Positions 22,482 to 31,453 of a DNA stretch of 64,000 nt are shown here, piece by piece. The position numbers were made by a program, and so were the translations under genes. Position 1 is the stretch's first letter, and the number at the start of each line of letters is the position of its first letter. Source of the stretch: an uncultured Acidobacteriota bacterium. GTDB taxonomy: Bacteria; Acidobacteriota; Thermoanaerobaculia; Gp7-AA8. Where the stretch lies: positions 1,088,001-1,152,000 of the forward strand of contig CAWGHO010000002.1 of NCBI GenBank assembly GCA_963822445.1, in the 5' to 3' direction. The notes under the pieces are model-generated. The model did no database searches, was not told the origin of the DNA, and saw only the letters and a list, made by a program, of their open reading frames with translations.

Positions 22482-22738
22482 AGCGCATCGATCTTCTCGA
22501 CCTGCCCGAGGATGCGCGCGATCTGGTGCGTGAATGCGAGGCCAAAGGCGAGCGGACCCTTTTCGAGCGCGGCGGCCGGCCCGTGGCCATGCTGGTGTCG
22601 TATGACGAATACCTCGCCTTGCGCGAGACCGTCGACATCATGAACGCGCCGCTGCTCTACGCCAGAATCGAGACCGCCGAAGAGGAAGTGCGCCGCGGGA
22701 AGATGATGCTGGTCGAGGATTTACTGGATGTGGAATGA
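22478..22738 (+). CDS. Phd/YefM-like antitoxin
   Basis: RGGRPVAMLVSYDEY..LRETVDIM; overlaps the toxin gene. Confidence 0.75.
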   Translation: MKRIDLLDLPEDARDLVRECEAKGERTLFERGGRPVAMLVSYDEYLALRETVDIMNAPLLYARIETAEEEVRRGKMMLVEDLLDVE

Positions 22739-22976
22739 CCGCCTGCGCATCGCCGAGTCGCTGGAATCGGACTGGAAATCGCTGTCATTTTCCGAGCGCG
22801 AGATCGCACTAGCCGCGTTGCAGCGAATCGACGACGATCCGATCGCCGGCGCGCCATTGTTCGAGCCGCTCAAGGGCCTGTGGAGCTACCGCAGCGGCGA
22901 TCTGCGCGTCATTTATCGCGTCGTTGCCGAAGGACGCTTCGTGGCCATCCTCAGCATCGCCAGAGTGACCGCATGA
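22728..22976 (+). CDS. RelE/ParE-like toxin
   Basis: P.AG.PL..PLKGLWSYRSGDLRVIYRV. Confidence 0.75.
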   Translation: MWNDRLRIAESLESDWKSLSFSEREIALAALQRIDDDPIAGAPLFEPLKGLWSYRSGDLRVIYRVVAEGRFVAILSIARVTA

Positions 22977-23557
22977 AGTTCATCCTCGCTTCCGCTTCCC
23001 CCCGCCGCCGCGAGCTCCTGACCATGATCGGGCTGGAGTTCGAGGTCATCCCCAGCCACGTCCCCGAGGTTCACCAGCCGGGCGAGGCACCGGAGGAGTA
23101 TGTGGCCCGGCTGTCGCGGGACAAGGCCAACGCCATCGCCGCCGAGCATCCCGATCGCTGGGTGATCGCCGCCGACACGACGGTGTTCTACGGGGATCAG
23201 TTGCTCGAAAAACCGGTCGACGCCGCAGATGCCGAGCGGATGCTGGCGATCATCGCCGGCCGCACGCACATCGTTTACACCGGTGTGACAGTCGTGAACG
23301 CCGCGCAGGACTGGCGCGAGACGCGGGTGACCGAGTCGGAGGTGCGCATGCTGCCGATGTCGGAGCGCGATATCGCCTGGTACGTCGGCACCGGCGAGCC
23401 GCTCGACAAAGCCGGCGCGTACGCCGTCCAGGGCAAGGGCTCGATGTTCATCGAGTCCGTCCACGGCAACTACACGAACGTAGTCGGACTGCCCCTTGCT
23501 ACGCTTTTTCAGATGTTGCGAAAAGCGGGAGTGGACCCGCTCGGGAGTAACCAATGA
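22973..23557 (+). CDS. maf: Maf-family nucleotide pyrophosphatase
   Basis: ILASASPRRRELL, ADT, KP, DKAGAY, NVVGLP. Confidence 0.94.
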   Translation: MKFILASASPRRRELLTMIGLEFEVIPSHVPEVHQPGEAPEEYVARLSRDKANAIAAEHPDRWVIAADTTVFYGDQLLEKPVDAADAERMLAIIAGRTHIVYTGVTVVNAAQDWRETRVTESEVRMLPMSERDIAWYVGTGEPLDKAGAYAVQGKGSMFIESVHGNYTNVVGLPLATLFQMLRKAGVDPLGSNQ

Positions 23558-25101
23558 CACCAGCAGCAAAAGTCGGAATCGTCATGCTGATCGCCCTCGC
23601 GGTGCTCGGCTACTTCGTCCTCAGGATCGAGGACATCAGCCTGAGCCGCTCGCGCACGACCCGCGAGATCAAAGCCGTCTTCGACGACGTGGCCGGCCTC
23701 GACGACGAATCAGCGGTCCGCATCGCCGGCGTGCGCAAGGGTCACGTGACCGACATCAAAGTCCGCCCCGACGGCAGCGCCGAAGTGACGATGACCGTCG
23801 ACGACGACGTGCCCCTCCACTCCGACGCCACCGCCCGCGTCGCCAACCTCGGCCTCCTCGGCGAGAAATACATCGAGCTCGAGCCGGGAACGGGCACGAA
23901 GCCCGTGCTGCCGCCGTCACAGACCGTGGTCATTCGCGGGTCGCAACCCGCGTCCTTCGACGACGTCACCTCGCAGGTCTCCGCGATCGCGGAAGATGTG
24001 AAGGCGATCACCGCGTCGCTCCGCGCCGTCGCCGGCGGCCCGCAAGGCCAGCAGCGTCTCGACGAGATCGTCGAAAACGTCCGCGGCATCACCGCGGAGG
24101 TGCGCCTGCTCATCGCCGCGAATCGCGGCAACGTCGACGCGACCATGGCCAACACCCGGGCCATCACCGAGCACCTGCGCACCGAGATTCCGCGGCTCGC
24201 GGCAACCCTCGATCGCGTTGCCAATCAGCTCGGCAGCCAGATCGGCGGAACGGTCGGCGAGAACCGCGAGGACATCCGCGTCGTCGTGGAAAACCTCCGC
24301 GGCCTTTCCTCCGACCTTCGCACGACCGCCGACAACCTCAACGAAGTCACCGGCCAGGTTCGCAGCGGCGAAGGCACGGTCGGCAAGCTGCTCTACAGCG
24401 ACGAAGCGCACACGAGGCTCACCAACGCGCTGTCGTCGGTGGAAGGCGGCGTGAAGTCACTGCAGGACACGCTCGGCCGCGTCGGCAAGATCCAGATGGA
24501 CCTGGGGATCAAGGCCGATTACTACGCCGGGCTCTCGCCGACCGAAGTCGGCGGAGTGGAAACGTCCGATGGTGCTGCGCGATCGGCGGTGGGCCTGCGG
24601 CTCGTTCCCGATCCGGCGAAGAACCGCTTCTACAACATCGAGCTGGCCGACGATCCGCGCGGCAGCAAGCGGGACAAGGTCCACGTCGAGACGCGCACCG
24701 ATCCGGCCACCGGACAGTCGCAGACGATCATCACCGAGACCACGAAGTACGATCGCGATTTCGTCATCTCCGCGCAGGCGGGATGGGTGCTCGACGATCT
24801 CGCCGTCCGCGTCGGCCTCTTCGATTCGACCGGCGGCGTCGGCGCCGACTACCAATGGAACGACCGCATCCGCGTGACCGGTGAGGCGTTCGACTTCGGC
24901 GGAAAGCGCGACGACCAGCCGCACCTGAGACTGTTCGGCGAATACGTCGTGCGGAAAGAGAAGCCGCACACGCCGCTGCTCTTCATCACCAGCGGCGTGG
25001 ACAACCCCCTGAACGACATGGCCGTGACCATCGGCGGCGGGATCCGCTGGCGCGACGAGGATCTGAAATATCTGCTGGGCAGCATCCCGACCGGCCGCTA
25101 G
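23554..25101 (+). CDS. MlaD/MCE protein with helical stalk and C-terminal beta-rich region
   Basis: TM, FDDVAGL...VRIAGV..G.V, GLLGEKYIEL.PG, GEGTVGKLL. Confidence 0.88.
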   Translation: MTPAAKVGIVMLIALAVLGYFVLRIEDISLSRSRTTREIKAVFDDVAGLDDESAVRIAGVRKGHVTDIKVRPDGSAEVTMTVDDDVPLHSDATARVANLGLLGEKYIELEPGTGTKPVLPPSQTVVIRGSQPASFDDVTSQVSAIAEDVKAITASLRAVAGGPQGQQRLDEIVENVRGITAEVRLLIAANRGNVDATMANTRAITEHLRTEIPRLAATLDRVANQLGSQIGGTVGENREDIRVVVENLRGLSSDLRTTADNLNEVTGQVRSGEGTVGKLLYSDEAHTRLTNALSSVEGGVKSLQDTLGRVGKIQMDLGIKADYYAGLSPTEVGGVETSDGAARSAVGLRLVPDPAKNRFYNIELADDPRGSKRDKVHVETRTDPATGQSQTIITETTKYDRDFVISAQAGWVLDDLAVRVGLFDSTGGVGADYQWNDRIRVTGEAFDFGGKRDDQPHLRLFGEYVVRKEKPHTPLLFITSGVDNPLNDMAVTIGGGIRWRDEDLKYLLGSIPTGR

Positions 25102-25121
25102 GCCGGCAAAAGGACATCACG

Positions 25122-26201
25122 ATGAACGCTGTCCTGCTCTTCGGCGGCCGTTCCGCCGAGCATGAAGTCTCGATCCTTTCCGCGCGATCGGTCGCCGCGG
25201 CCGCGCCTGCCGATCGCGTGACCATGACCCCGATCTGCATCGCCCGCGACGGCCGTTTTGTCGGACCGGAACGGAGCGCGCGCATCCTCGCCGGCGACGA
25301 AAAGAGCACCACCGGCGACAGCGGATTCTCGTTCGAAGAATGGGTCGCGAACGAGAAGACGGACATCGTCTTTCCGCTCATTCACGGCACCGGCGGCGAG
25401 GATGGATCGCTGCAGGGATACCTGGAAATGCTCGGCCTTCCCTACGTCGGCAGCGGCGTCACCGCCTCGGCCGTGGGCATGGACAAGGTGCACATGAAGC
25501 AGGCCTTCGCCGCGGCGAAACTGCCGATGGTCGATTACGTCCCGCTGCACGAGCACGACTGGCGGCACGAGCGGGAGCGGGTCACGCGCAAGATGATCAA
25601 CGCCCTGCGCCTCCCCTACTTCGTGAAGCCGGCCAACGGCGGCTCGTCGGTCGGCGTGACGAAGGTGAAGAACGACAACGACCTCGCCGCGGCCATCGAG
25701 CACGCGCTGCGATTCGACGAGAAGGTCCTCGTCGAGCGCGGCGTCGACGCCCGGGAGATCGAAGTGGCCGTCCTCGGCAACGACAAGCCGGAAGCATCGG
25801 TCGCCGGCGAGATCGTCGCGGGACGCGAGTTCTACGACTACGCCGACAAATACGTCGACGACAAGTCGCAACTGGTCATCCCCGCGAAACTGGCGAAGGA
25901 CAAGGCCGAGGAGTTCCGGCGGATGGCCATCGCCGCGTTCCGGGCCATCGGCGCGTCGGGATTCGCGCGCGTCGACTTCTTCCTCGAGCGCGGCACGAAC
26001 CGCCTCTACCTCAACGAGATCAACACCATCCCCGGCTTCACCAGCATCTCCATGTACCCGAAGCTTTGGGAAGCGACGGAGATCAAGTACCCGCGCCTGA
26101 TCGAGAGGCTTTTGCAACTCGGCCTCGAACGCTCGAAAGGGCGGGCGGCGCGAGCGGAAAGCACGATGAAGTGGTTTTTAGAGGTGAAGTCGATCACGTG
26201 A
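25122..26201 (+). CDS. ddl: D-alanine--D-alanine ligase
   Basis: GGRSAEHEVS, HG..GEDG, KP..GGSSVG, FYDY..KY, NEINTIPG. Confidence 0.96.
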   Translation: MNAVLLFGGRSAEHEVSILSARSVAAAAPADRVTMTPICIARDGRFVGPERSARILAGDEKSTTGDSGFSFEEWVANEKTDIVFPLIHGTGGEDGSLQGYLEMLGLPYVGSGVTASAVGMDKVHMKQAFAAAKLPMVDYVPLHEHDWRHERERVTRKMINALRLPYFVKPANGGSSVGVTKVKNDNDLAAAIEHALRFDEKVLVERGVDAREIEVAVLGNDKPEASVAGEIVAGREFYDYADKYVDDKSQLVIPAKLAKDKAEEFRRMAIAAFRAIGASGFARVDFFLERGTNRLYLNEINTIPGFTSISMYPKLWEATEIKYPRLIERLLQLGLERSKGRAARAESTMKWFLEVKSIT

Positions 26202-27853
26202 TCTGGCCGCTGCGGCTCGCTGTCGCCAAACTCCGTCCCTTTACCGTCGCGTCGATTCTGCGGACGGCCATCGTCGCCATGGTCTTCCTCGCCTTTCTCT
26301 TCGGCGACTTTGCTCTCTTCGCCAGGCTCTTCGAAGCGACCGCGGAAATCGAAACGGAGACGCCGTTCTTCGCCGTGGCCCTCCTGCGCAATCTCCTGGC
26401 GATGGTGTTTCTCGTGGCCACGGTGGTGCTGTTCTCTTCCTCGATGACCGTGGCCATCGGATCGTTCTTCACCGACCTCGACCTGGATGTGCATCACGCC
26501 GCACCGCGATCGAAACTGCGCATCGCGCTGGCGCGGTGGGCCAAGACCCTCTTTCAAAGCGCGACGATCGTCTTCCTCTTTCTGATCCCGCTGTTCATCG
26601 CCTTCGAGCGGCAGTATCCAAAGCCGTTCGAGTTCTACCCCGCGATCCTTCTGAACCTCGCGCTACTGCTCAGCATCCCAGTCAGCCTCTCGTCGACTGT
26701 GATCCTGCTGCTGGTGCGCTGGTTTCCGGTGCAGCGCGTTCATCAGATCGTCGCGTCGCTGGCCGTGCTGATCCTGACCATGGTCGTGGTCGCGTTTCGC
26801 ATGAGCCGTCCTGAGCGGTTCTTCACCGAGGTCACGACCGACGACGTTGCCAAGGTCCTGCAGTCGATCGAATTGCCGGCCATGAGCATCTACCCCGGCA
26901 CATCGCTGGCCACGGTGATGACCCGCGACGCTTCGTTCTGGCTCGCGCCGCGGATCGTCATCATCGCCGCGATCGCCTTCGCGCTGTTCGTGCTCGTCGC
27001 GAAGGCCTGGTACTTCAGCGCATTCGTCCGAGCGCGCGAGAGCATGGCTCCGGTGGCGATCGGCGCCGCGCCGGCGACGCGACTCCTCGATCGCCTCGTC
27101 TCGCGCGCCCATCCTCAATTGCGGGCGATGCTCTCGAAGGAAGTGCGAACGGTGACGCGCGACGTCGCGCAGTGGTCGCAGGTCTTCCTGACCGTGGCCC
27201 TGCTCTTCATCTACCTCTACAACATCCGCATGCTGCCCCTGGGCGGCGACGCCCGCGCGACGATCATCGCCTACGCCAACATCGGCATGGCCGGCTTCGT
27301 GATCGCCGCGATCTGCCTCCGCTTCGCCTACCCCTCGGTCTCATCGGAAGGGAAGGCGTTCTGGATCGTGCAGACCGCACCCGTGTCCTACCGCCACTTC
27401 CTCATCGTGAAGGTCCTCGTGTACGCGGCGCCACTTACTCTGTTTTCACTGCTGCTCACCGCATTCGCGAACGTGATCCTTGCCGCGAACGCGGTGGTCT
27501 GGACGTTCACGCTGATCGGCTCCGCGCTGCTCGCGGTGACGCTCGTCAGCCTCGGCGTGGGGATGGGAGCCTGGTCGCCGAACTTCAACGCCGAGAATCC
27601 GCTGCAGGTCGGCCTTTCCCTCGGCGGCTTCGCCTACATGGCCGTGTCGATGAGCTACGTCGCGGCGATGATGCTGCTCATGGCCCGTCCGGTGATGAAG
27701 TTCTTCGTCGAGCGCGTCCTCGGCGAGCGCGACGCCGGCGGCATCGCCACGGCGACCGCAATCGTGATTGCGCTCACGCTCTCCGCTGCCGTCGGGGTGA
27801 TACCTCTCTTCGCCGCCGAACGACGCCTGACCCACCTGAATGAAAACGATTAG
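26198..27853 (+). CDS. Polytopic membrane protein, putative ABC exporter permease
   Basis: GTGA overlap with ddl; many TM segments; KE....RD..QWSQ, RFAYPSVSSEG.AFW. Confidence 0.75.
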   Translation: MIWPLRLAVAKLRPFTVASILRTAIVAMVFLAFLFGDFALFARLFEATAEIETETPFFAVALLRNLLAMVFLVATVVLFSSSMTVAIGSFFTDLDLDVHHAAPRSKLRIALARWAKTLFQSATIVFLFLIPLFIAFERQYPKPFEFYPAILLNLALLLSIPVSLSSTVILLLVRWFPVQRVHQIVASLAVLILTMVVVAFRMSRPERFFTEVTTDDVAKVLQSIELPAMSIYPGTSLATVMTRDASFWLAPRIVIIAAIAFALFVLVAKAWYFSAFVRARESMAPVAIGAAPATRLLDRLVSRAHPQLRAMLSKEVRTVTRDVAQWSQVFLTVALLFIYLYNIRMLPLGGDARATIIAYANIGMAGFVIAAICLRFAYPSVSSEGKAFWIVQTAPVSYRHFLIVKVLVYAAPLTLFSLLLTAFANVILAANAVVWTFTLIGSALLAVTLVSLGVGMGAWSPNFNAENPLQVGLSLGGFAYMAVSMSYVAAMMLLMARPVMKFFVERVLGERDAGGIATATAIVIALTLSAAVGVIPLFAAERRLTHLNEND

Positions 27854-27892
27854 AATCGGGCGACTTCACAACATCGCACGCAAGGAGAACAG

Positions 27893-28354
27893 ATGAGCGA
27901 GATTCCTCCGCCCACCGTACCCCCAGCAACCCCGCCGCCCCCCGGCGGAGGCTCGTACACGCCTCCTCCACCTCCGCCCCTTGGCGGTGGCACCGGTCCC
28001 GGTGGTCCCGGTGGTCCGGTGAGCTCTGACCGATCGCTGATGATCGCGTTGTCGTACCTGGGCATCCTGGCCCTGATCCCCTACCTCACGAAGAAGAACG
28101 ATCCCGACCAGGAAGTGCGCTGGCACTCGAAGAACGGCATGGGCCTGTTCATCGTGGACATCGTCCTGTGGATCGCGTTCTTCGTGATCGGGATGGTCCT
28201 GCGCAACTCCGCGATCGGCTGCGGCATGGGCGTGGTGCAATGCGTGGTGTGGCTGGCCCTACTCGGCCTGCACATCTACTGTCTGATTCAGGCCATCAAC
28301 GGCAAGCGCGTTCGCATTCCGGTTGTCACTGATTTCGCAGAGAAGAGCCTTTAA
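27893..28354 (+). CDS. DUF4870-like 3-TM protein with Pro-rich N-terminus
   Basis: SD AAGGAG; ALSYLG, EVRWHS.NG, A.NG....IP. Confidence 0.75.
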   Translation: MSEIPPPTVPPATPPPPGGGSYTPPPPPPLGGGTGPGGPGGPVSSDRSLMIALSYLGILALIPYLTKKNDPDQEVRWHSKNGMGLFIVDIVLWIAFFVIGMVLRNSAIGCGMGVVQCVVWLALLGLHIYCLIQAINGKRVRIPVVTDFAEKSL

Positions 28355-28363
28355 GGAGAACGC

Positions 28364-28732
28364 ATGTCTGAAATGAATCCTCCGGGTTCCTACACGCCAC
28401 CGCCGCCCCCCACGCCTCCCACGCCGGGAGGCGGAGCCCCCGTCGGGCCGGGCGGCGGCGACCTCGTCTACCCGACCGCACCGCCGAAAGATCCGATCCT
28501 CGTCCTCGTCCTGAACCTGCTCCTGGCCGGCGGCGTCGGCTACATCATCATCGGCCAGAAGACGAAGGGCATCGTGGCGATCGTCGCGTACGTGATCCTG
28601 CTGTTCGTCACGTGCGGCGCCGGCAGCGGCCTCGTGGCCATCGTGGCCGCGATCGACGGCTACCTCCAGGCCCAGCAGCTCCAGCAGGGCAAGCCTGTTG
28701 GACAGTGGACCTGGTTCAACGATCACCGATAA
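28364..28732 (+). CDS. Small TM2-like membrane protein with Pro-rich N-terminus
   Basis: SD AAGGAG; PKDP....LNLL..GGVGY..IGQ..KG. Confidence 0.7.
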   Translation: MSEMNPPGSYTPPPPPTPPTPGGGAPVGPGGGDLVYPTAPPKDPILVLVLNLLLAGGVGYIIIGQKTKGIVAIVAYVILLFVTCGAGSGLVAIVAAIDGYLQAQQLQQGKPVGQWTWFNDHR

Positions 28733-28734
28733 AC

Positions 28735-28777
28735 CAGTAGGCAGTGGGCGGTAGGCAGTGGACCTACCGCCTACAGC
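28735..28777. repeat. Short inverted heptamer element (GCAGTAG family)
   Basis: CAGTAGGCAGTGGGCGGTAGGCAGTG, then CCTACCGCCTACAGC, between convergent stop codons. Confidence 0.75.
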
Positions 28778-29124
28778 ACGTTCCTCAAGATCCACCAGCC
28801 GATCACCACCACCACCGCCCCCCACCCGAACCACGGCTTCAGTACGAACGCGGGCTGACGTCCGCGCGCGAGGCTTGGCGCGGCGAAGACTCCGAAGGCG
28901 CCGAGGGCGAAGAGCAGGGGATTGAGGCGGAAGGCTTCGGCGAAACGGCCGTGCAGCGCGTGGTGTGACGCGCGCGTAAGACCGCAGCCCGGGCAATCGA
29001 GCCCGGTCAGCATCTTGAAGGTGCAGCGCGGGTAAAACGTGTGCTCGCCGGGCGGGTACGTGTAGAGCACCCACGCACCGGCGAGCACCGCAATCGCAAG
29101 CGCGCTAGCTGAAATTACCTTCAC
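28771..29124 (-). CDS. DUF2752 membrane protein
   Basis: C.FK.LTG.DCPGCG.TRA.H..LHG....AF..NPL; start uncertain. Confidence 0.9.
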   Translation of the reverse strand: MKVISASALAIAVLAGAWVLYTYPPGEHTFYPRCTFKMLTGLDCPGCGLTRASHHALHGRFAEAFRLNPLLFALGAFGVFAAPSLARGRQPAFVLKPWFGWGAVVVVIGWWILRNVL

Positions 29125-29536
29125 GGATGGCCTGAGCGATGGCCGCTCCCCAGACCGTCATCATGATGATCCAGACCAGCAGACCGGTCCCGAGTGCGAT
29201 CCAGGTCCACATCTTCGCTTTGCGCGACGACTCGAGCGCGCCGGCGCGGTCGCCCGCGGCGAGCTTCGAGTTCACCTGCGCGGCGAAGATGATCGCCACG
29301 ATGCCGAACGGCAGGCAGCAGCAGAACGTGACCAGGATCGACTGGATGAGGTAGTTCGGAATCGTCGGTCCGGTTGCCGCCGCGGAAGATGCTCCTCCGT
29401 ACGGGGCCGACGGCGGGGGCGGTGTGTACGACTGAGTCAAGGGCGGTGTTTCGGGTGCGGGACCGAGCGAGCGGCCGCAGTTGATGCAGATCGTGGCGTT
29501 GTCGAGGTTCGAGGTTCCGCAGTTCGGACAGTTCAC
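29105..29536 (-). CDS. Zinc-ribbon + CD225/dispanin protein
   Basis: CPNC..CINC; NYL..SIL.TFCCCLPFGIVAIIFA.QV.....GD..GA..SS.KAK. Confidence 0.9.
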   Translation of the reverse strand: MNCPNCGTSNLDNATICINCGRSLGPAPETPPLTQSYTPPPPSAPYGGASSAAATGPTIPNYLIQSILVTFCCCLPFGIVAIIFAAQVNSKLAAGDRAGALESSRKAKMWTWIALGTGLLVWIIMMTVWGAAIAQAIREGNFS

Positions 29537-29549
29537 GTCGTCTCCTTAC

Positions 29550-29873
29550 TTAATCGAGGAACGTCACAAGAGCACCGCCGGCGCCAAACGTCAACAGGCC
29601 GGTGATGAATGCGATGAAAGCCCAGGTGCGCGCGGTCTGCGCCGAGCTCTGCGCGCCGGCCACGTCGCCCGCGGCCAGTTTCGAGTTCACCTGCGCCGCA
29701 AAGATCAGCGAAACGATCCCCAGCGGCAGGCAGCAGCAGAGCGTCGTGAAGATCGCGAAGCCGAGGTGGTTCTGAATGGGCGGCGGTGCCGGAAAGTACG
29801 GAATTGCCCGTCCGCATGACGGACAAACGGTCGCTCCGGCCGCGTGCGCCGTGCCGCAGCTCGTGCAGTACAT
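29550..29873 (-). CDS. Zinc-ribbon + CD225/dispanin protein (paralog)
   Basis: CTSC..CPSC; LCCCLPLGIVS..FA.QV.....GDVAGA. Confidence 0.9.
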   Translation of the reverse strand: MYCTSCGTAHAAGATVCPSCGRAIPYFPAPPPIQNHLGFAIFTTLCCCLPLGIVSLIFAAQVNSKLAAGDVAGAQSSAQTARTWAFIAFITGLLTFGAGGALVTFLD

Positions 29874-30431
29874 CTACGGCCGAGCTCCTTCCGGATACTG
29901 CACGAACGAGCCGTTGGCGAAAACGATGTCGCGATCGAAGGAAACCGTGCCGTCATTCGAGTACTCGTCGAGCGACTCGTACTCGAACTCCTTGTCCTTC
30001 CCGGCGCTGACGATGCCGTAGCCCGCGCACGGCCTTTCCGCGTCCGGAATGCACTCGTACCGCATCGGATAGCCCCAGCCGTCATTCGTCGTGGGCAAGT
30101 CGAGCACGGCCAGACTCTCCGGATACGACCCTTTCGAAACGCGGTGCCGCTCGATCTCGTGCGAGATGGTGCGCATGTCGGCCATGGTGCGCTTCTGCTT
30201 CGCGCGCTGCATCGCTGTCACGAGATTGGGAATGGCAATCGCGGCGACGATGCCCATGGCCGGGATGGCGAGAAACGCCAGGATCATGGCCACGACAGCG
30301 ATGATCGCCGCGTTCGTGCCGCCGGTGCCGAGCTGCGGTTTCGGCGCCCCGTTCGCTGGATTGCCGCACGACGCGCAAGGTCTGTACGAGACCTCAGCGA
30401 CCTGATTACCGCAGTGCGCGCAGAACGCCAC
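29874..30431 (-). CDS. Zinc-ribbon-fused GspG/pseudopilin-like protein
   Basis: CAHC..CASC; GIVAAIAIPNL..A.QRAKQKRT.ADM; DGWG; SAGKD. Confidence 0.75.
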   Translation of the reverse strand: MAFCAHCGNQVAEVSYRPCASCGNPANGAPKPQLGTGGTNAAIIAVVAMILAFLAIPAMGIVAAIAIPNLVTAMQRAKQKRTMADMRTISHEIERHRVSKGSYPESLAVLDLPTTNDGWGYPMRYECIPDAERPCAGYGIVSAGKDKEFEYESLDEYSNDGTVSFDRDIVFANGSFVQYPEGARP

Positions 30432-30458
30432 GAACGGAGATTGTAGCTGGGTGACAGC

Positions 30459-31004
30459 TCACCACATCATGCCGAGCTGCAGCCGCGCCGCCTCGGACAT
30501 CATGCTGCGATCCCAAACGGGATCGAACACGACCTCGACATCGGCGTTCTTCACGCCGGGCAACGCTTCGATCTTCGACTTCACGTCCGTCGCCAGGACA
30601 GGTCCCATGCCGCAGCCAGGCGCGGTCAGCGTCATCTTGATCTTCACCTGTTTGCCGGCCTCGGTCTCCTCGAGCTCGCAGAGATAGACCAGGCCGAGGT
30701 CGACGATGTTCACGGGGATCTCGGGGTCGTAGCAGGTCTTGAGCGCGCCCCAGACCAGTTCTTCGAGCTTCTCCTGGGTCACCTCTTCCGGTTTCAGCTC
30801 GACGGCCTCGTTCGGCGTCTTGCCGATGGCCTCGACTTCCGGACCGGACACGCGAACCATGAGTCCGCGATCGGTGATCAGGGTGTAGGCGCCGCCGAGG
30901 GACTGCGTGATCGTGGCCTGGGCTCCCTTCGGAACCAGGACCTTCTCCCCGCTGGGGATCATGATCGCTTCGGCGTTGCGCTCGAACGTCACTTCTTCTC
31001 TCAT
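30459..31004 (-). CDS. sufT: Fe-S assembly protein SufT (DUF59)
   Basis: YDPEIPVNIVDLGL, MTLTAPGCGMG, W...MMSEAA. Confidence 0.9.
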   Translation of the reverse strand: MREEVTFERNAEAIMIPSGEKVLVPKGAQATITQSLGGAYTLITDRGLMVRVSGPEVEAIGKTPNEAVELKPEEVTQEKLEELVWGALKTCYDPEIPVNIVDLGLVYLCELEETEAGKQVKIKMTLTAPGCGMGPVLATDVKSKIEALPGVKNADVEVVFDPVWDRSMMSEAARLQLGMMW

Positions 31005-31453
31005 TCGGTGGTCACCTTTTCCTGCTTCCCCTCCAACGCAGTTCGTAGCGTATGCCACGCCAACGTTGCGCACTTCACGCGCGCGGGAAACTCACTCACC
31101 CCTGAAAACGCGGCCAGACGGCCCAGATCTGCCGCGCTGAGGCCGCTCTGATCGCCGGTGACGAGTTTGTGAAAGGTGTCGAAGAGGCGATCGGCCTCTT
31201 CCTTTGATTTCCCTTTGAGCGTCGAGCTCATCACGGACGCGGACGCTTTCGAGATCGCGCAGCCGCTACCGGTAAAGCTGACGTCGTCGATCGTTCCGCC
31301 GTCGTCGAGCTTGAGGTAGACCGTGTAGTGATCGCCACACAGCGGGTTGTAGCCCTCGACGTGCGACGTCGCGTCCGCCATCTCGTGATAGTTCCGCGGA
31401 TTCTTGTTGTGATCGAGGATGACCTGTTGGTAGAGCTCGCGTAAGTCCGACAT
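31001..31453 (-). CDS. sufU: SUF system NifU-family protein
   Basis: LYQQVILDH, NPLCGD, GCAIS.AS, RVKCATL.WH. Confidence 0.93.
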   Translation of the reverse strand: MSDLRELYQQVILDHNKNPRNYHEMADATSHVEGYNPLCGDHYTVYLKLDDGGTIDDVSFTGSGCAISKASASVMSSTLKGKSKEEADRLFDTFHKLVTGDQSGLSAADLGRLAAFSGVSEFPARVKCATLAWHTLRTALEGKQEKVTTE

